Positions 46,129 through 56,270 of a DNA stretch of 64,000 nt are shown here, piece by piece (the stretch's first letter is position 1; every line of letters starts with the position of its first letter). The notes under the pieces were generated by a model that made no database searches, had not been told where the DNA came from, and saw only the letters and a list, made by a program, of their open reading frames with translations. The stretch is taken from assembly GCA_965203905.1 (NCBI GenBank), contig CBDBDQ010000005.1:544001-608000 (forward strand). The letters run 5' to 3'. The translations under genes and the position numbers were made by a program. This stretch comes from Spirochaetia bacterium. Its GTDB lineage: Bacteria; Spirochaetota; Spirochaetia; SZUA-6; Bin103.

Positions 46129-48602
46129 CCCGCCTGCTGGTGTACGCCATGGCGGTGGCGATGCCGCTGGTACACCCCGCCGTCACGGTGCCCTACGACC
46201 GCGCCGGCTACCTGGTGTGGTTCGCCCTGGTGCCGCTGGAGATGCTGCTGGCCTATGCCCTGCGCTTCGCGGCGACCGGGACCACGCCGCCGGCCGCCCG
46301 CGGCCGGACGGCTCGACTGGTCGGCGGTCTACGGAGTTGGCTGCGGCCCACGCACCTGCTGGCCGCCGCGGGGCTGGCGATCGTGGCCGCGATCGCCTTC
46401 GGCACCGGCTTCGACAGCGCCGCGTGGCTGGTGGCAGCGGCGGGAGCCGGCGCCTTCCTGCTCACCCTGCTGATCTTCGGCTCGCGCGAGTACGGGCACA
46501 CCATCGCCGCGGCCGAGCTGTTCTTCATCGGCTACATCTACGTCAAGATGCTGCGCTTTTCGCGCGCTTCGGAGGCGATCTCCGGCGCCAGCTCGCTGCT
46601 CACCACGGTGATCCTGCTGGTGAGCATCGGCGGCTTCCTGCTGCACGGCATCGTCATCTACCAGGCCGCGTTCCCCAACCGCCGCCCGGGGGCGGCCCGC
46701 GGCGAGGAACGGCGGCGCGGGCGCCGCGAGGTGACCCTGTTTTCCTCCGTCATCATCCCGCTGATCGTGGTGCTGGCCATGATCCTGCCGCCCGATTTCG
46801 TCGAGCACCACATCGCCTTCAATGAGCTCAACGAGCTGCCGCCGTCGCCGCCGGTGCCGGTGGACGACTTCAGCACCGCGCCGCCCGGCGGCAACCTGCG
46901 TGGCCAGCAGCAGTTCGATCCCCAGGAAGCACCCGGCGGTGGCCAGGGCGAGCAGCAGAACCAGCAGGAAGGGGAAGGCGGCGAAGGCGACGCCGGCCAG
47001 ATGCCCGGCCTGGTAGGGATCCCGGCGCGGGAGTGGGACCAACGCCGGCAGCCGCAGCAGCCACAACCGCAGCCCGGGTCGGCCGAGGAGAGCGGCGGCT
47101 CCGGCGGCGCGCAAAGCGAGCAGGGTCAGGCGGGCGGCGGCCAGGGCGGCCAGCCCAGCGAGGGCAACCAGGGCGAGGAGGGCGAAGAAGGCGACGGCAA
47201 CCAGGACAGCGGCGACGGCGAAGGCGAGAACCGGCAGTACGCGGTGATGGTCATCGCCAGCCAGGTGGATCCGGTGTACGCAGCCGACGGCTACTTCGGG
47301 CTGTTCGACGGCGTGTACGGCTTCTCCTACTCGCGCGAGGAACCACTCAACGACCTGGTGCACCGGCGCCTGTTCGAGACCTGGGAGAATCCCGAGCCGT
47401 CCCTCGACCGCGGCCGCAGTCCCATCGAGCACGGCTTCTTCTCGACCATCCCGGAGCGCGTTATGGCCTACCGCCCGCTGGCGGTGGAGCCCACGGTGCA
47501 GCAGCGTCGCTATCACCCGTTCGACCTCTCCTACCGGGTCATCTCCGACGTGAGCGATCCCAATCCCGCCGCCTGGCGCCGGGCACGGCCCCTCAACGCG
47601 GCCGAACGAGAGCGCATGAGCCCCTTCCTGGAGGTTCCGTTGGAAGGTGAGCAGTGGGCGCGGTTCCAGGGCTATCTGGACGAGTACGTGGCCGACGCGG
47701 ACAACGACTTCGACAAGATCGATCAACTCCTGCGAAGCTACGCCAACTACCAGTACGAGATCGGTTTTACCGACGATGTCTCGATCTCCCACGTGGACGA
47801 GTTCCTGTTCGACACCAAGTCCGGCGACTGCACCGAGTTCTCCAACACCTCGGCGATCCTGGGCCGCATGCTGGGCATCCCGACGCGAGTGGTGACCGGC
47901 TATCTAGGCTCCAAGTCCCTGCAGACCCCGCAGCACGCGCGCGGCGCCGCCGTCCTGCGCCAGTCGATCGAACCGCTGCAGGCCTACCCGCCAGAAGACC
48001 TGTACCTGATCACCACGGCGCACCGCCACTCGTGGACCCAGTTCTGGCTGCCGGACTTCGGCTGGATGGACTTCGAGACCACCACCCACGCCAAGACCCC
48101 GCCACCCGGCATGGACGCCAACTCGCTCGACATCGTGATCCCGATCATCGAGGTGGAAGAGGTGCCGGTGCCGCGCGACTTCATATTCCCGTGGCGGTTC
48201 GCCCTGGCCGTGCTGGGGACCCTGGCCGCGGCCGGCATCGTCGGCGCCTACGGCCTCCGCTACGGCCGCGAGGGCTGGCTCACGCTGCGCGCGCGCCAGG
48301 CCGACGCCGGTGGCCTGCATGCTCTCGGCCGCCTGCTCTACATGCGCATGGCCAGCGCCGGCTGCGTGCTCAAGCCGCACGCCCATACCGTCCAGGAGTA
48401 CGCCCGGCAGTACCCGCAGATCGGCCGCTTCGCCGCCCTCTACACCATGCTCCGTTACCGCACCGCCTTCGACCCCGGCGAGCGCGCCAGCACCTGGCAG
48501 GAACTCCGCACCCAGTACGAAGCCGCGCTCCAGGGCGTGCGCCAGGGCGGCCTCGTGCAGTTGCTGCGCCGCGCCTTCAGCCTGCGCGCCCTCTACTACT
48601 GA
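46110..48602 (+). CDS. Membrane-anchored transglutaminase-like protein
   Basis: N-terminal TM bundle, G/Q/E-rich linker, GDCTEFS / HSW / WMDFE catalytic triad. Confidence 0.88.
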   Translation: MHLLFLTRLLVYAMAVAMPLVHPAVTVPYDRAGYLVWFALVPLEMLLAYALRFAATGTTPPAARGRTARLVGGLRSWLRPTHLLAAAGLAIVAAIAFGTGFDSAAWLVAAAGAGAFLLTLLIFGSREYGHTIAAAELFFIGYIYVKMLRFSRASEAISGASSLLTTVILLVSIGGFLLHGIVIYQAAFPNRRPGAARGEERRRGRREVTLFSSVIIPLIVVLAMILPPDFVEHHIAFNELNELPPSPPVPVDDFSTAPPGGNLRGQQQFDPQEAPGGGQGEQQNQQEGEGGEGDAGQMPGLVGIPAREWDQRRQPQQPQPQPGSAEESGGSGGAQSEQGQAGGGQGGQPSEGNQGEEGEEGDGNQDSGDGEGENRQYAVMVIASQVDPVYAADGYFGLFDGVYGFSYSREEPLNDLVHRRLFETWENPEPSLDRGRSPIEHGFFSTIPERVMAYRPLAVEPTVQQRRYHPFDLSYRVISDVSDPNPAAWRRARPLNAAERERMSPFLEVPLEGEQWARFQGYLDEYVADADNDFDKIDQLLRSYANYQYEIGFTDDVSISHVDEFLFDTKSGDCTEFSNTSAILGRMLGIPTRVVTGYLGSKSLQTPQHARGAAVLRQSIEPLQAYPPEDLYLITTAHRHSWTQFWLPDFGWMDFETTTHAKTPPPGMDANSLDIVIPIIEVEEVPVPRDFIFPWRFALAVLGTLAAAGIVGAYGLRYGREGWLTLRARQADAGGLHALGRLLYMRMASAGCVLKPHAHTVQEYARQYPQIGRFAALYTMLRYRTAFDPGERASTWQELRTQYEAALQGVRQGGLVQLLRRAFSLRALYY

Positions 48603-48659
48603 GGCTCGGCGCCGGGACGCGCGCAAGCTCGAGTGTCGGCGGCGCCGGTCGGCTACCCG

Positions 48660-49097
48660 TCAGGCGAGGATGTCTCTCCCCTCCAACCCGAAGCAGTCAG
48701 CCGCGTCGAGCATGCGTTGGTCATGGCTGTAGACGGTGTCGAAGCCGTTGTCTGCAGCACATGTCAAATGGAGCGCGTCGGCTGCCCGAACAAACGCACC
48801 ACCGGAGACGGTCCTGACTCTGACGCAGGCAGCTCGCACCAGTCCGTCAGTGACCGGAATCCATCTCCACAGGCCGCCCTCCTCGTCGCGACGCAGGCGC
48901 TCGAAAACGGCACGCACCGCGTCAGCGTCCAGGTTCCCTTCCAGCTCATGCCGCTTCAACGCCGCGAACAACTCCAATCGGCCATGGGAGCAACAACTCA
49001 ATCCCGACTTTCCGGCCAACCACTCAAGCACCCGCGGGCTCCCCGGCTCGTTGAGATAGCACTTGGCGATGTACGAAGTGTCGAGATAGATGAGCAT
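48660..49097 (-). CDS. VapC-family PIN toxin
   Basis: IYLDTS, ADALHL, YSHD. Confidence 0.88.
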   Translation of the reverse strand: MLIYLDTSYIAKCYLNEPGSPRVLEWLAGKSGLSCCSHGRLELFAALKRHELEGNLDADAVRAVFERLRRDEEGGLWRWIPVTDGLVRAACVRVRTVSGGAFVRAADALHLTCAADNGFDTVYSHDQRMLDAADCFGLEGRDILA

Positions 49098-49327
49098 CAG
49101 CGTTGCGACCGGTCCCTGGAGATCAGCTCGGTCGAATCTACGCCGACCGCCGGCATGCTCGCGGGATCGCGCCGAGGAAAAGGCTGGCTGGCGATCTCCT
49201 GTTCCGAATACGGCTTGAGCAACGCGATCCGGGTTCCCCGATCGGTGACGATCACCGGCTGCTGCGCTGCCTGACGCACGATCCTGCCGGTGCTTGCATG
49301 GAGTTCTCGAATCGAAACCACTCTCAC
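49097..49327 (-). CDS. Phd/YefM-family antitoxin
   Basis: VSIRELHASTGRIVR...VIVTDRG..IALL; coupled to the PIN gene. Confidence 0.85.
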   Translation of the reverse strand: MRVVSIRELHASTGRIVRQAAQQPVIVTDRGTRIALLKPYSEQEIASQPFPRRDPASMPAVGVDSTELISRDRSQR

Positions 49328-49565
49328 GATGCCCACAAAAGTGACACACCGTGACACATGCCGTCAAGGAAGGATCAGGAAGGATCGCCACAGAGACGAC
49401 CGTCACGTGAGCGTACGTATCCCGAGTGCCGGAGCCGTTGAGAAGCCACGTGGCAGGTCCGCCCCGGCGCGCCCACCACGACGAGGAAAGTCGGGTACCA
49501 TAGTCGGTGTGATGGCTGGGTCGAATCGGCAGCGAGGACATGAGACTGGCACCGGGGGAGAAGAC

Positions 49566-50852
49566 ATGACGAGTCGTAACCGCGTGGTACGCCCGTTCCT
49601 GTCCACTCTGGCCGTTCTCGTGGCGCTGGTAGGTACGCTGGTGCCTGCCACGGTGCATGGGGGCGCGAGCCACGATTGGGTGATGTTCCGCGGCGAGGAG
49701 GGGCGCGGGATCACGCGCACGCGGATTCAGCCGCCGCTGGCGGTGAAGTGGCAACTCCAGTTGCAGGCCGGCGGCGAGCAGGCGCGTTCGTTCAACCCGC
49801 CGGTGGTGGTGGACGACACCATCTACTTCGGCTCCGACGACGGCAACTTCTACGCCCTGGACGTGCACAGCGGGTACATGCGCTGGATCTTCAAGGCGCA
49901 GGCGCCGGTCAACTCGGTGCCGTTCGCCGACCGGGAGCACCTGTACTTCGGCTCCAACGACGGCCACGTCTACGCCGTGGGGCGCGAAACCGGCGAGGAA
50001 CGCTGGCGCTTCCCCACCGAATACACCGTGCAGTCACTGATCCTGCGCTACGACGACCTGGTGATGTTCACCAGCGACCGCGGCAACACCCACTTCGTGA
50101 CCGCCGACTCCGGCGAGGAGGTGCACTACATCCCCAACCCGGTGTGGTCCTACCACACCTTCCAGGTGTACGACGGGGTGATGTACTGGGCCCCCGGCCC
50201 GCTCGGCCGCGGCGCCAGCTTCGGTGCCTACGACGTCTACGAGAAGGCGTACCTGTGGGTCAAATCGACCACCCCCGGGCTCAACTGGTACTCCTTCCCC
50301 GCACTGCGCGACGAAGTGCTGTTCTACTCCGCCGCCGGCACCGGGCGCACCATCACCGGCAACCTGCAGTTCGTCTACTACGCGATCGACCGGCTCACCG
50401 GCGAGGAGCTGTGGACGCATCCGGAGGAGTCGTTCTTCGGCGACCAGGGGAGGCTGATCTACCAGCCGTATCGGACCTTCGTCGACAACCTGCGGCTGCT
50501 CGACTACCTGGCACCGGCGCTGTGGCGCAACACCGTGATCTACACCAGCGGCGATGCCGTGGTGCGCGCCTTCAATGCCCGCACCGGCCGGCCCGCCTGG
50601 CGTTACACCTTCCAGTACCCCACCAGCAGCGCGCCGACGGTGGCCGGCGACCGCGTCTACTTCGGCGTGCGCGGCGACGGCGTTCCCGGCGGCCAGCCGC
50701 CGCGGCTGGTGGCGCTGTCGGCCCAGAACGGCAAGCTGCTGTGGGAGATGGACCTGGAAGGGGCGGTGTTGAGCGCCCCGGTGGTGGCCGGCAAGCACCT
50801 GATCTTCGGCACCGACCAGAACTACTTCTACGTAATGGAAGAGGTGTTCTGA
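49566..50852 (+). CDS. Secreted PQQ-like (BamB-type) beta-propeller protein
   Basis: Signal peptide, WVMFRG, repeated YFGSxDG.(F/V)YA...G..RW blades. Confidence 0.85.
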   Translation: MTSRNRVVRPFLSTLAVLVALVGTLVPATVHGGASHDWVMFRGEEGRGITRTRIQPPLAVKWQLQLQAGGEQARSFNPPVVVDDTIYFGSDDGNFYALDVHSGYMRWIFKAQAPVNSVPFADREHLYFGSNDGHVYAVGRETGEERWRFPTEYTVQSLILRYDDLVMFTSDRGNTHFVTADSGEEVHYIPNPVWSYHTFQVYDGVMYWAPGPLGRGASFGAYDVYEKAYLWVKSTTPGLNWYSFPALRDEVLFYSAAGTGRTITGNLQFVYYAIDRLTGEELWTHPEESFFGDQGRLIYQPYRTFVDNLRLLDYLAPALWRNTVIYTSGDAVVRAFNARTGRPAWRYTFQYPTSSAPTVAGDRVYFGVRGDGVPGGQPPRLVALSAQNGKLLWEMDLEGAVLSAPVVAGKHLIFGTDQNYFYVMEEVF

Positions 50853-50925
50853 ATGGCACTGCTTCGGCGGTGTAGCAGTCGCGCCGGCGCATCCCCGAGC
50901 ATGCTCATCTCGCGCAGCGCCCCGA

Positions 50926-52062
50926 CTACCTGACCGCGGACGGAGTTGGTCGCGGCGCGTTGTCGAGGGCGGCGCGCAGGCGTGTCGCCACGATTCGTTC
51001 CTCGCCCCGCTGCAGTGTCATCGGGTCTACGAGCACGCCGCTTCCGGTCCGCCGAATGGCGATGCACGGCTCGCCGTTCCACAGCTCGGAGATGACCGCG
51101 GACGCCCGCCCCGGATCGAGTTCGACATGGACGCGGGGCGCGAAATCGGGATGCGCATCCTGCCCCCAGCGTTGCACCGACACGGTCGCTGGAGCGGCTG
51201 CGGACCCCGCGACGAGGATCCGGGCGATATCGGCCGCCTGCGCCTCCCAGCGAGCCAGGTCCGCCCCGTCGCTGGAGCCAAGAAACAGGTCCACCGCCGC
51301 CAGCAGTCCCATGATTTCTTCCTTGCCCACCTTCATCCCGCGGCCGATGCCGCTTTCGGGGCTGGAATTCATGCGCACGGCCGAGACCAGCTCGGGCGTG
51401 CCGACCACCAGTCCGGTGCTCTGCGGTCCCGCGAGTCCCTTTCCGCCGCTGAACACCGCCAGCGCCGCGCCCATTCCGGTGAGCTCCGTCAGGTTGGAAC
51501 GCGGCGGCAACTGCGCGGCGGCATCGACGATCACCGGCACGCCGCACTCGGCGGCTCCATTCGCCACCTCGGCAAGCTGTTCTCGGCGCTGGCTGCCAAG
51601 GAAGAACACCACGGCGGCGGTGCGCGGGCCGATGGCGCCTACCAACTCCCCGGTACTCACCGCGGCGCTGGTGCCCACCCGAACCAGCCGGCCGCCGCAC
51701 GCCTCGATGCCCTGATGGATGTAGCCGTGCGGGTCCACGCTGCCGATCACGAATTCGTTGGCCCACCGCGAAGTGTTGGGCAGGGCGCGCACCCGCTCGA
51801 CGTCGCCGCCGGTGAGACAGGCTGCCGCCGCCAGTTGCATGCCACTCGCCGCACCGCAGGACACGAACGCCGCCGGCACGCCGATGCGCCGCGCCAGGTA
51901 CTCGCCGGACTTGACCAGCAGATCCGGCAGGTCCACGTAGGCGCGGGCCGCAGCCTGCATCGCCTCCAGCACCGGCGCCGGCATCAGGCTGCCGCCCAGC
52001 GTGGTGATGGTGCCGCTCGCGTTGATCAGCGTACGCACCCCAAGCTGCCGGTAGTCGATCAT
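50926..52062 (-). CDS. SelA-like PLP-dependent enzyme (DgaE-like ammonia-lyase family)
   Basis: INASGTITTLGGS, VDAAA, FSGGK, GRGMKVGKEE. Confidence 0.82.
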   Translation of the reverse strand: MIDYRQLGVRTLINASGTITTLGGSLMPAPVLEAMQAAARAYVDLPDLLVKSGEYLARRIGVPAAFVSCGAASGMQLAAAACLTGGDVERVRALPNTSRWANEFVIGSVDPHGYIHQGIEACGGRLVRVGTSAAVSTGELVGAIGPRTAAVVFFLGSQRREQLAEVANGAAECGVPVIVDAAAQLPPRSNLTELTGMGAALAVFSGGKGLAGPQSTGLVVGTPELVSAVRMNSSPESGIGRGMKVGKEEIMGLLAAVDLFLGSSDGADLARWEAQAADIARILVAGSAAAPATVSVQRWGQDAHPDFAPRVHVELDPGRASAVISELWNGEPCIAIRRTGSGVLVDPMTLQRGEERIVATRLRAALDNAPRPTPSAVR

Positions 52063-52110
52063 GCCAACTCATCGTACCGATGGTGCCGTTCTGATACTAT
52101 CGCCGCCGAC

Positions 52111-52857
52111 ATGGCTGTTGACGTATTGGCGGTGTGCGCACATCCCGACGACGCCGAGCTGGGCTGCGCCGGGTTGCTGCTGCGCTGCAAGGCCGCCGGC
52201 GCCCGCGTCGGGGTGGTGGACCTGACCCGCGGCGAGCTCGGCAGCCGTGGCAACGCGGCGCTGCGCAACGAGGAACGCGCCCGGGCAACGGCCATCCTGG
52301 GGATGGACGTGCGGCTCGACCTGGATCTGCCGGACGGCTTCGTGGAGCGCAGCGTCGAGTACCGAACGCGGCTGGTGGAGGTGATCCGCAGCGAGCGGCC
52401 GCGCATGCTGGTGGGCCCCTACTGGGAGGATCACCACCCGGACCACGTCGCCACCAGCCTGCTGATGAAGGACGCCTGGTGGTTCGCCGGCGTGGCCAAG
52501 CACCCCGGCGGCCCAAGTCCGCACCGTCCGGAAGCGATGCTGTTCCAACTGTCGCGCTACGTTGCGCGTCCCTCCCTGATCGTCGACATCAGCGAGCAGT
52601 TCGCCACCAAGGCGCGCGCCGTGACCTGCTACGCCTCGCAACTGCACCGGCCGGCGGCCGCGGACGCGCCGCCCGACGCCGATGGGGAGCCCGAGACCTA
52701 CCTCTCGCGGTCCGACTTCCTGGCCGCCTGGGAGGGTCGCCACCGCTACTACGGGCGCATGATCGGCGCCGAATTCGGAGAGGCTTACCTGATGCGCAAC
52801 CCGGTCCCGATTACCGATCCGATGACCCTGCTGGCCGGCCGGCCGGGGGTGATGTAG
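52111..52857 (+). CDS. PIG-L/LmbE family N-acetyl-sugar deacetylase (BshB1-like)
   Basis: AHPDDAE, TRGELG, HPDH, YASQ. Confidence 0.85.
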   Translation: MAVDVLAVCAHPDDAELGCAGLLLRCKAAGARVGVVDLTRGELGSRGNAALRNEERARATAILGMDVRLDLDLPDGFVERSVEYRTRLVEVIRSERPRMLVGPYWEDHHPDHVATSLLMKDAWWFAGVAKHPGGPSPHRPEAMLFQLSRYVARPSLIVDISEQFATKARAVTCYASQLHRPAAADAPPDADGEPETYLSRSDFLAAWEGRHRYYGRMIGAEFGEAYLMRNPVPITDPMTLLAGRPGVM

Positions 52858-53643
52858 ATGGCCGCGGCACCGGTGGCACTGGTGACCGGCGGCGGTCGCG
52901 GCCTCGGCTCCGGGGTGGCACTGGCGCTGGCGGCGGCCGGCTACTCGGTGGCGATCAACTACCGCGGCGACGCGGCGGCGGCGGCGGCCACCGCGGCGGC
53001 CTGCCGCGAGCGCGCCGCGGGTGACGGACAGCGCTTCCATCCGCTGCAGGCTGACGTCGCCGTGGCGGCCGACCGGGCGCGCCTGCTGGCCGCCACCCTG
53101 GAGCGGTTCGGCAGCGTGGAGGTGCTGGTGAACAACGCCGGCATCGCGCCGCGGCAGCGCGCCGACCTGCTGGAGGCCACCGAGGAGTCGTTCGCCGAGG
53201 TGCTGGCGACCAACCTGACCGGCCCCTACTTCCTCACCCAGGCGGTCGCCCGCCACTGGCTCGGCCAGCCGGCGGAGGCGGCCCGGCGCCGGGCCGTGAT
53301 CTTCGTCAACTCCATATCCGCCGCCTACGCCTCGGTGAGCCGCGGCGAGTACTGCGTCTCCAAGGCGGGGCTGGCCATGGCGCGGGAGCTGTTCGCGGTG
53401 CGCCTGGCGGAGGCCGGGATCGGCGTCTACGAGGTGCGGCCGGGCTTGATGGAGACCGACATGACGCGGGCGGTCAAGGAGAAGTACGACGCCCTGATCG
53501 CCGACGGACTGGTGCCGCAGGGCCGCTGGGGCACTCCCGAGGACGTGGGCCGGGCGGTGGCGGCGCTGGTCGGTGGCGACTTCGACTTCTCCCAGGGTAC
53601 GGTGGTGGACGTGGACGGCGGCTTCAGCCTGCTGCGCCTGTAG
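52858..53643 (+). CDS. SDR oxidoreductase (3-ketoacyl-ACP reductase-like)
   Basis: TGGGRGLG, NNAG, YCVSK. Confidence 0.9.
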   Translation: MAAAPVALVTGGGRGLGSGVALALAAAGYSVAINYRGDAAAAAATAAACRERAAGDGQRFHPLQADVAVAADRARLLAATLERFGSVEVLVNNAGIAPRQRADLLEATEESFAEVLATNLTGPYFLTQAVARHWLGQPAEAARRRAVIFVNSISAAYASVSRGEYCVSKAGLAMARELFAVRLAEAGIGVYEVRPGLMETDMTRAVKEKYDALIADGLVPQGRWGTPEDVGRAVAALVGGDFDFSQGTVVDVDGGFSLLRL

Positions 53644-53663
53644 CATTCCCCGAGGTAACGCAC

Positions 53664-55049
53664 ATGAACATCGACACCGCACTGCAGCCGCACAACCTCG
53701 TTCCGGCCGTCGATTCGGCATTCGCGCTGGCGGCCGGCAAGATCCGCGACCTGGACGCGAACTGGGATCCCGCGCGCGGCGCACCCGTGTTCACGGTCGC
53801 GGGAGAGTACACCACCCGCGGCTGGACCGAGTGGACGCAGGGGTTCCAGTACGGGGCCGCGCTGCTCACCTTCGACGCCACCGGCGACGCCGGCCTGCTG
53901 GAGCTGGGCCGCGCCGGCATGCGCCGCGTGATGCCGGCCCACCTCACCCACGTCGGGGTGCACGACCACGGCTTCAACACCATGAGCACCTACGGCAACC
54001 TGCTGCGCCTGGCCCGCGAAGGGCGCTGGCAGGCTACCGCCGGCGACCTGGAGCACCTGCAGTTGGCGATCCGCGTCTCGGGCGCGGTGCAGGCCGCGCG
54101 TTGGATCCCGCTGCCCGACGACCTGGGCTACATCTGTTCCTTCAACGGCCCGCAGTCGCTGTTCATCGACACCATCCGCTCGCTGCGCGTGTTGGCCGCC
54201 GCACACGAGCTGGGCCAGGTGCTGATGGGCGAGCGCGACCGCCGCATCTCCCTGCTGCGGCGCCTGCTCCAACACCTCGAAACCACCCTCCGCTACAATG
54301 TGTTCTTCGGCGCCGGCCGCGACCACTACGACGTGCCGGGCCGGGTCGTCCACGAGGCGCTGTTCAACGTCAACAACGGCGACTACCGCTGTCCCAGCAC
54401 CCAGCAGGGCTACTCGCCGTTCTCGACCTGGACCCGCGGCCTGGCGTGGGCGATCCTCGGCTGCGCGGAGATGCTGGAGTACCTCGCCGAAGGGTCCCCG
54501 GAGGCGATCACAGAGGCGGCCGTTCCGGGACTGGCCACCCATGCCGAAGCGCTGCAGCGGGTGGGCACCGCGGCCACCGTGACCGCCGGGTTCTACCTCG
54601 CCAACAGCGCCGCCGACGGCATCCCCTACTGGGACACCGGCGCCCCCGGCCTGACCGCCCTGGGCGACTGGCGCGCCGCGGCTTCCGACCCCTTCAACGA
54701 CCACGAGCCGGTGGACAGCTCCGCCGCCGCCATCGCCGCCCAGGGCCTGCTGCGCCTGGCCATGCTGCCCGCGGCCGCCCGCCCGCCCGGCGCCGACCGC
54801 TTGCTGCCCGCCGGCCTCACAGTCGCCCGCACCCTGTTCGCGGAGCCCTACCTGGCCACCGACCCGGCGCACCAGGGCCTGTTGCTGCACACCATCTACC
54901 ACCGCCCCAACGGCTGGGACCACGTCCCGGAAGGCCGCCGGATCCCGTGCGGCGAGTCGTGCCAGTGGGGCGACTACCACGCCCTGGAGCTGGCCCTGCT
55001 GATCCGCCGCCTCGCCGCCGGCACTACCCTCCCCTGGCGGGCAGCATAG
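53664..55049 (+). CDS. GH88-like unsaturated glucuronyl hydrolase
   Basis: WTQGF, HDHGF, QGY...STWTRG.AW, PYWD, DSSAAAI, WGDY. Confidence 0.82.
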   Translation: MNIDTALQPHNLVPAVDSAFALAAGKIRDLDANWDPARGAPVFTVAGEYTTRGWTEWTQGFQYGAALLTFDATGDAGLLELGRAGMRRVMPAHLTHVGVHDHGFNTMSTYGNLLRLAREGRWQATAGDLEHLQLAIRVSGAVQAARWIPLPDDLGYICSFNGPQSLFIDTIRSLRVLAAAHELGQVLMGERDRRISLLRRLLQHLETTLRYNVFFGAGRDHYDVPGRVVHEALFNVNNGDYRCPSTQQGYSPFSTWTRGLAWAILGCAEMLEYLAEGSPEAITEAAVPGLATHAEALQRVGTAATVTAGFYLANSAADGIPYWDTGAPGLTALGDWRAAASDPFNDHEPVDSSAAAIAAQGLLRLAMLPAAARPPGADRLLPAGLTVARTLFAEPYLATDPAHQGLLLHTIYHRPNGWDHVPEGRRIPCGESCQWGDYHALELALLIRRLAAGTTLPWRAA

Positions 55050-55072
55050 CAGCCGGTTACGTGCGTGGCGGG

Positions 55073-55465
55073 TCAGTCTACCCGCGGCAACTGAGGCAGG
55101 TAGTCGAAGTGGCTGTCACGCGTAAACAGCGACAATTCGTGCTGCGCCGCGAGTGCGGCGATCCACAGATCATTTATCGGAATCGGTGTACCGGCAACTC
55201 GCAACTGACGAAAGAGCCCCGCGTAGTGGTGGGTAGTCGCCATGTCCGGACGAAGCACACGGACGCGCGTACGTGACAGGAACCTTGCGAGCACAGACTC
55301 GTTACTGGCCGACCGTGAGCCTATGACGAATCCCGCGCGGAGCTCGGCTACTACCATGATCGGTATGTGGATGACGTGGACTCGCCTGAATACTTCCACC
55401 GCGTGAGGCTCCGCGTCGCAGAAGTCGCGATACCGATTGGTATCGATGATGATCTCTACCGCCAC
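55073..55465 (-). CDS. VapC-family PIN toxin
   Basis: IIDTN, NDLWIAA, TRDSHF. Confidence 0.9.
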   Translation of the reverse strand: MAVEIIIDTNRYRDFCDAEPHAVEVFRRVHVIHIPIMVVAELRAGFVIGSRSASNESVLARFLSRTRVRVLRPDMATTHHYAGLFRQLRVAGTPIPINDLWIAALAAQHELSLFTRDSHFDYLPQLPRVD

Positions 55466-55707
55466 AGCTCGGGGTCGACGACATCCTGGTCGGCGAGCGC
55501 CTGGTCGGTGTCGGGATCGTGCTGCCAGGTACCGATCAGGTCATCCAGGTCATCGAACTCTACCGGTTCCTCTGACAGGCCGAGACCGGCCTGCAGCGCC
55601 TCGATCGCCGCCTCGTTCAGGCTCTTTCCTTCCGTGCGAGCTCGCTCACGCAGCATCCTGTCGACGGAGGCCGGCACCTTGCGGATCGTGTACTGCGCCA
55701 TCTGCAT
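55456..55707 (-). CDS. FitA/VapB-like RHH antitoxin
   Basis: QYTIRKVP..VDRMLRERARTEGKSLN; acidic C-terminus. Confidence 0.82.
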   Translation of the reverse strand: MQMAQYTIRKVPASVDRMLRERARTEGKSLNEAAIEALQAGLGLSEEPVEFDDLDDLIGTWQHDPDTDQALADQDVVDPELWR

Positions 55708-55829
55708 CTATCCTTAGCAGGCAGCATAGGCATGATGTGCATGCACAGTCAAGGTGAGACAGTCGGTGCCGTCGGTGCTCGAGTCTCCGGTGCTTGGCGC
55801 TTTGCAAGCATATATGGCATCATTTCTCT

Positions 55830-56270
55830 GTGACCGTCACCCTCGATACGAACGTTCTGTTTCAGGCGTTCTGCAGTCGGTCGGGTGCGTCGCACGCGGT
55901 GTTTCGCTTGATTCGAGACGGGCATCTCCGGCTGGCGCTGTCGGTCCCCGTGTTCGAGGAGTATCGGGCTGTGCTCACCCGCCCCGAGAACATGGAGTTG
56001 ATGAATCTCGCTGCGGATCAGATCGAGACAATACTGCGATTCGTCGCATTTGTTTCGAGCCCAAGCCTCGTGTACTACCTGTGGCGCCCGAATCTGCGGG
56101 ACGAGGCGGACAATATGTTCGTAGAGCTCGCGGTGGCAAGTGAAAGCAGCCACTTGATTACGCAGAACACGAGAGACTTTGTGTCTGGCGCCGAGCTGAC
56201 GCACGATTCCTTTCGAGTTGTGACGCCGTATCAGTTTCTCGTTGAGTGGAGAGAGTCGTATGGGAAATAA
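55830..56270 (+). CDS. PIN-family putative toxin
   Basis: TLDTNV, EEY, PNLRDEADNMF, ITQN. Confidence 0.85.
   Translation: MTVTLDTNVLFQAFCSRSGASHAVFRLIRDGHLRLALSVPVFEEYRAVLTRPENMELMNLAADQIETILRFVAFVSSPSLVYYLWRPNLRDEADNMFVELAVASESSHLITQNTRDFVSGAELTHDSFRVVTPYQFLVEWRESYGK

Noticed and set aside
46900-47230. Repetitive GGC/CAG/GAG-rich DNA
   Set aside because: Explained by the G/Q/E linker of the transglutaminase; no fixed repeat unit or spacers.
49341-49386. Short direct repeats GTGACACA x2 and AGGAAGGATC x2 upstream of the Phd antitoxin
   Set aside because: Probably an ordinary TA promoter/operator; too short to support a separate claim.
50926-52062. Selenocysteine synthase selA
   Set aside because: Shorter than SelA, carries the DgaE-like GRGMKVGKE motif, and no selB or selC is nearby.
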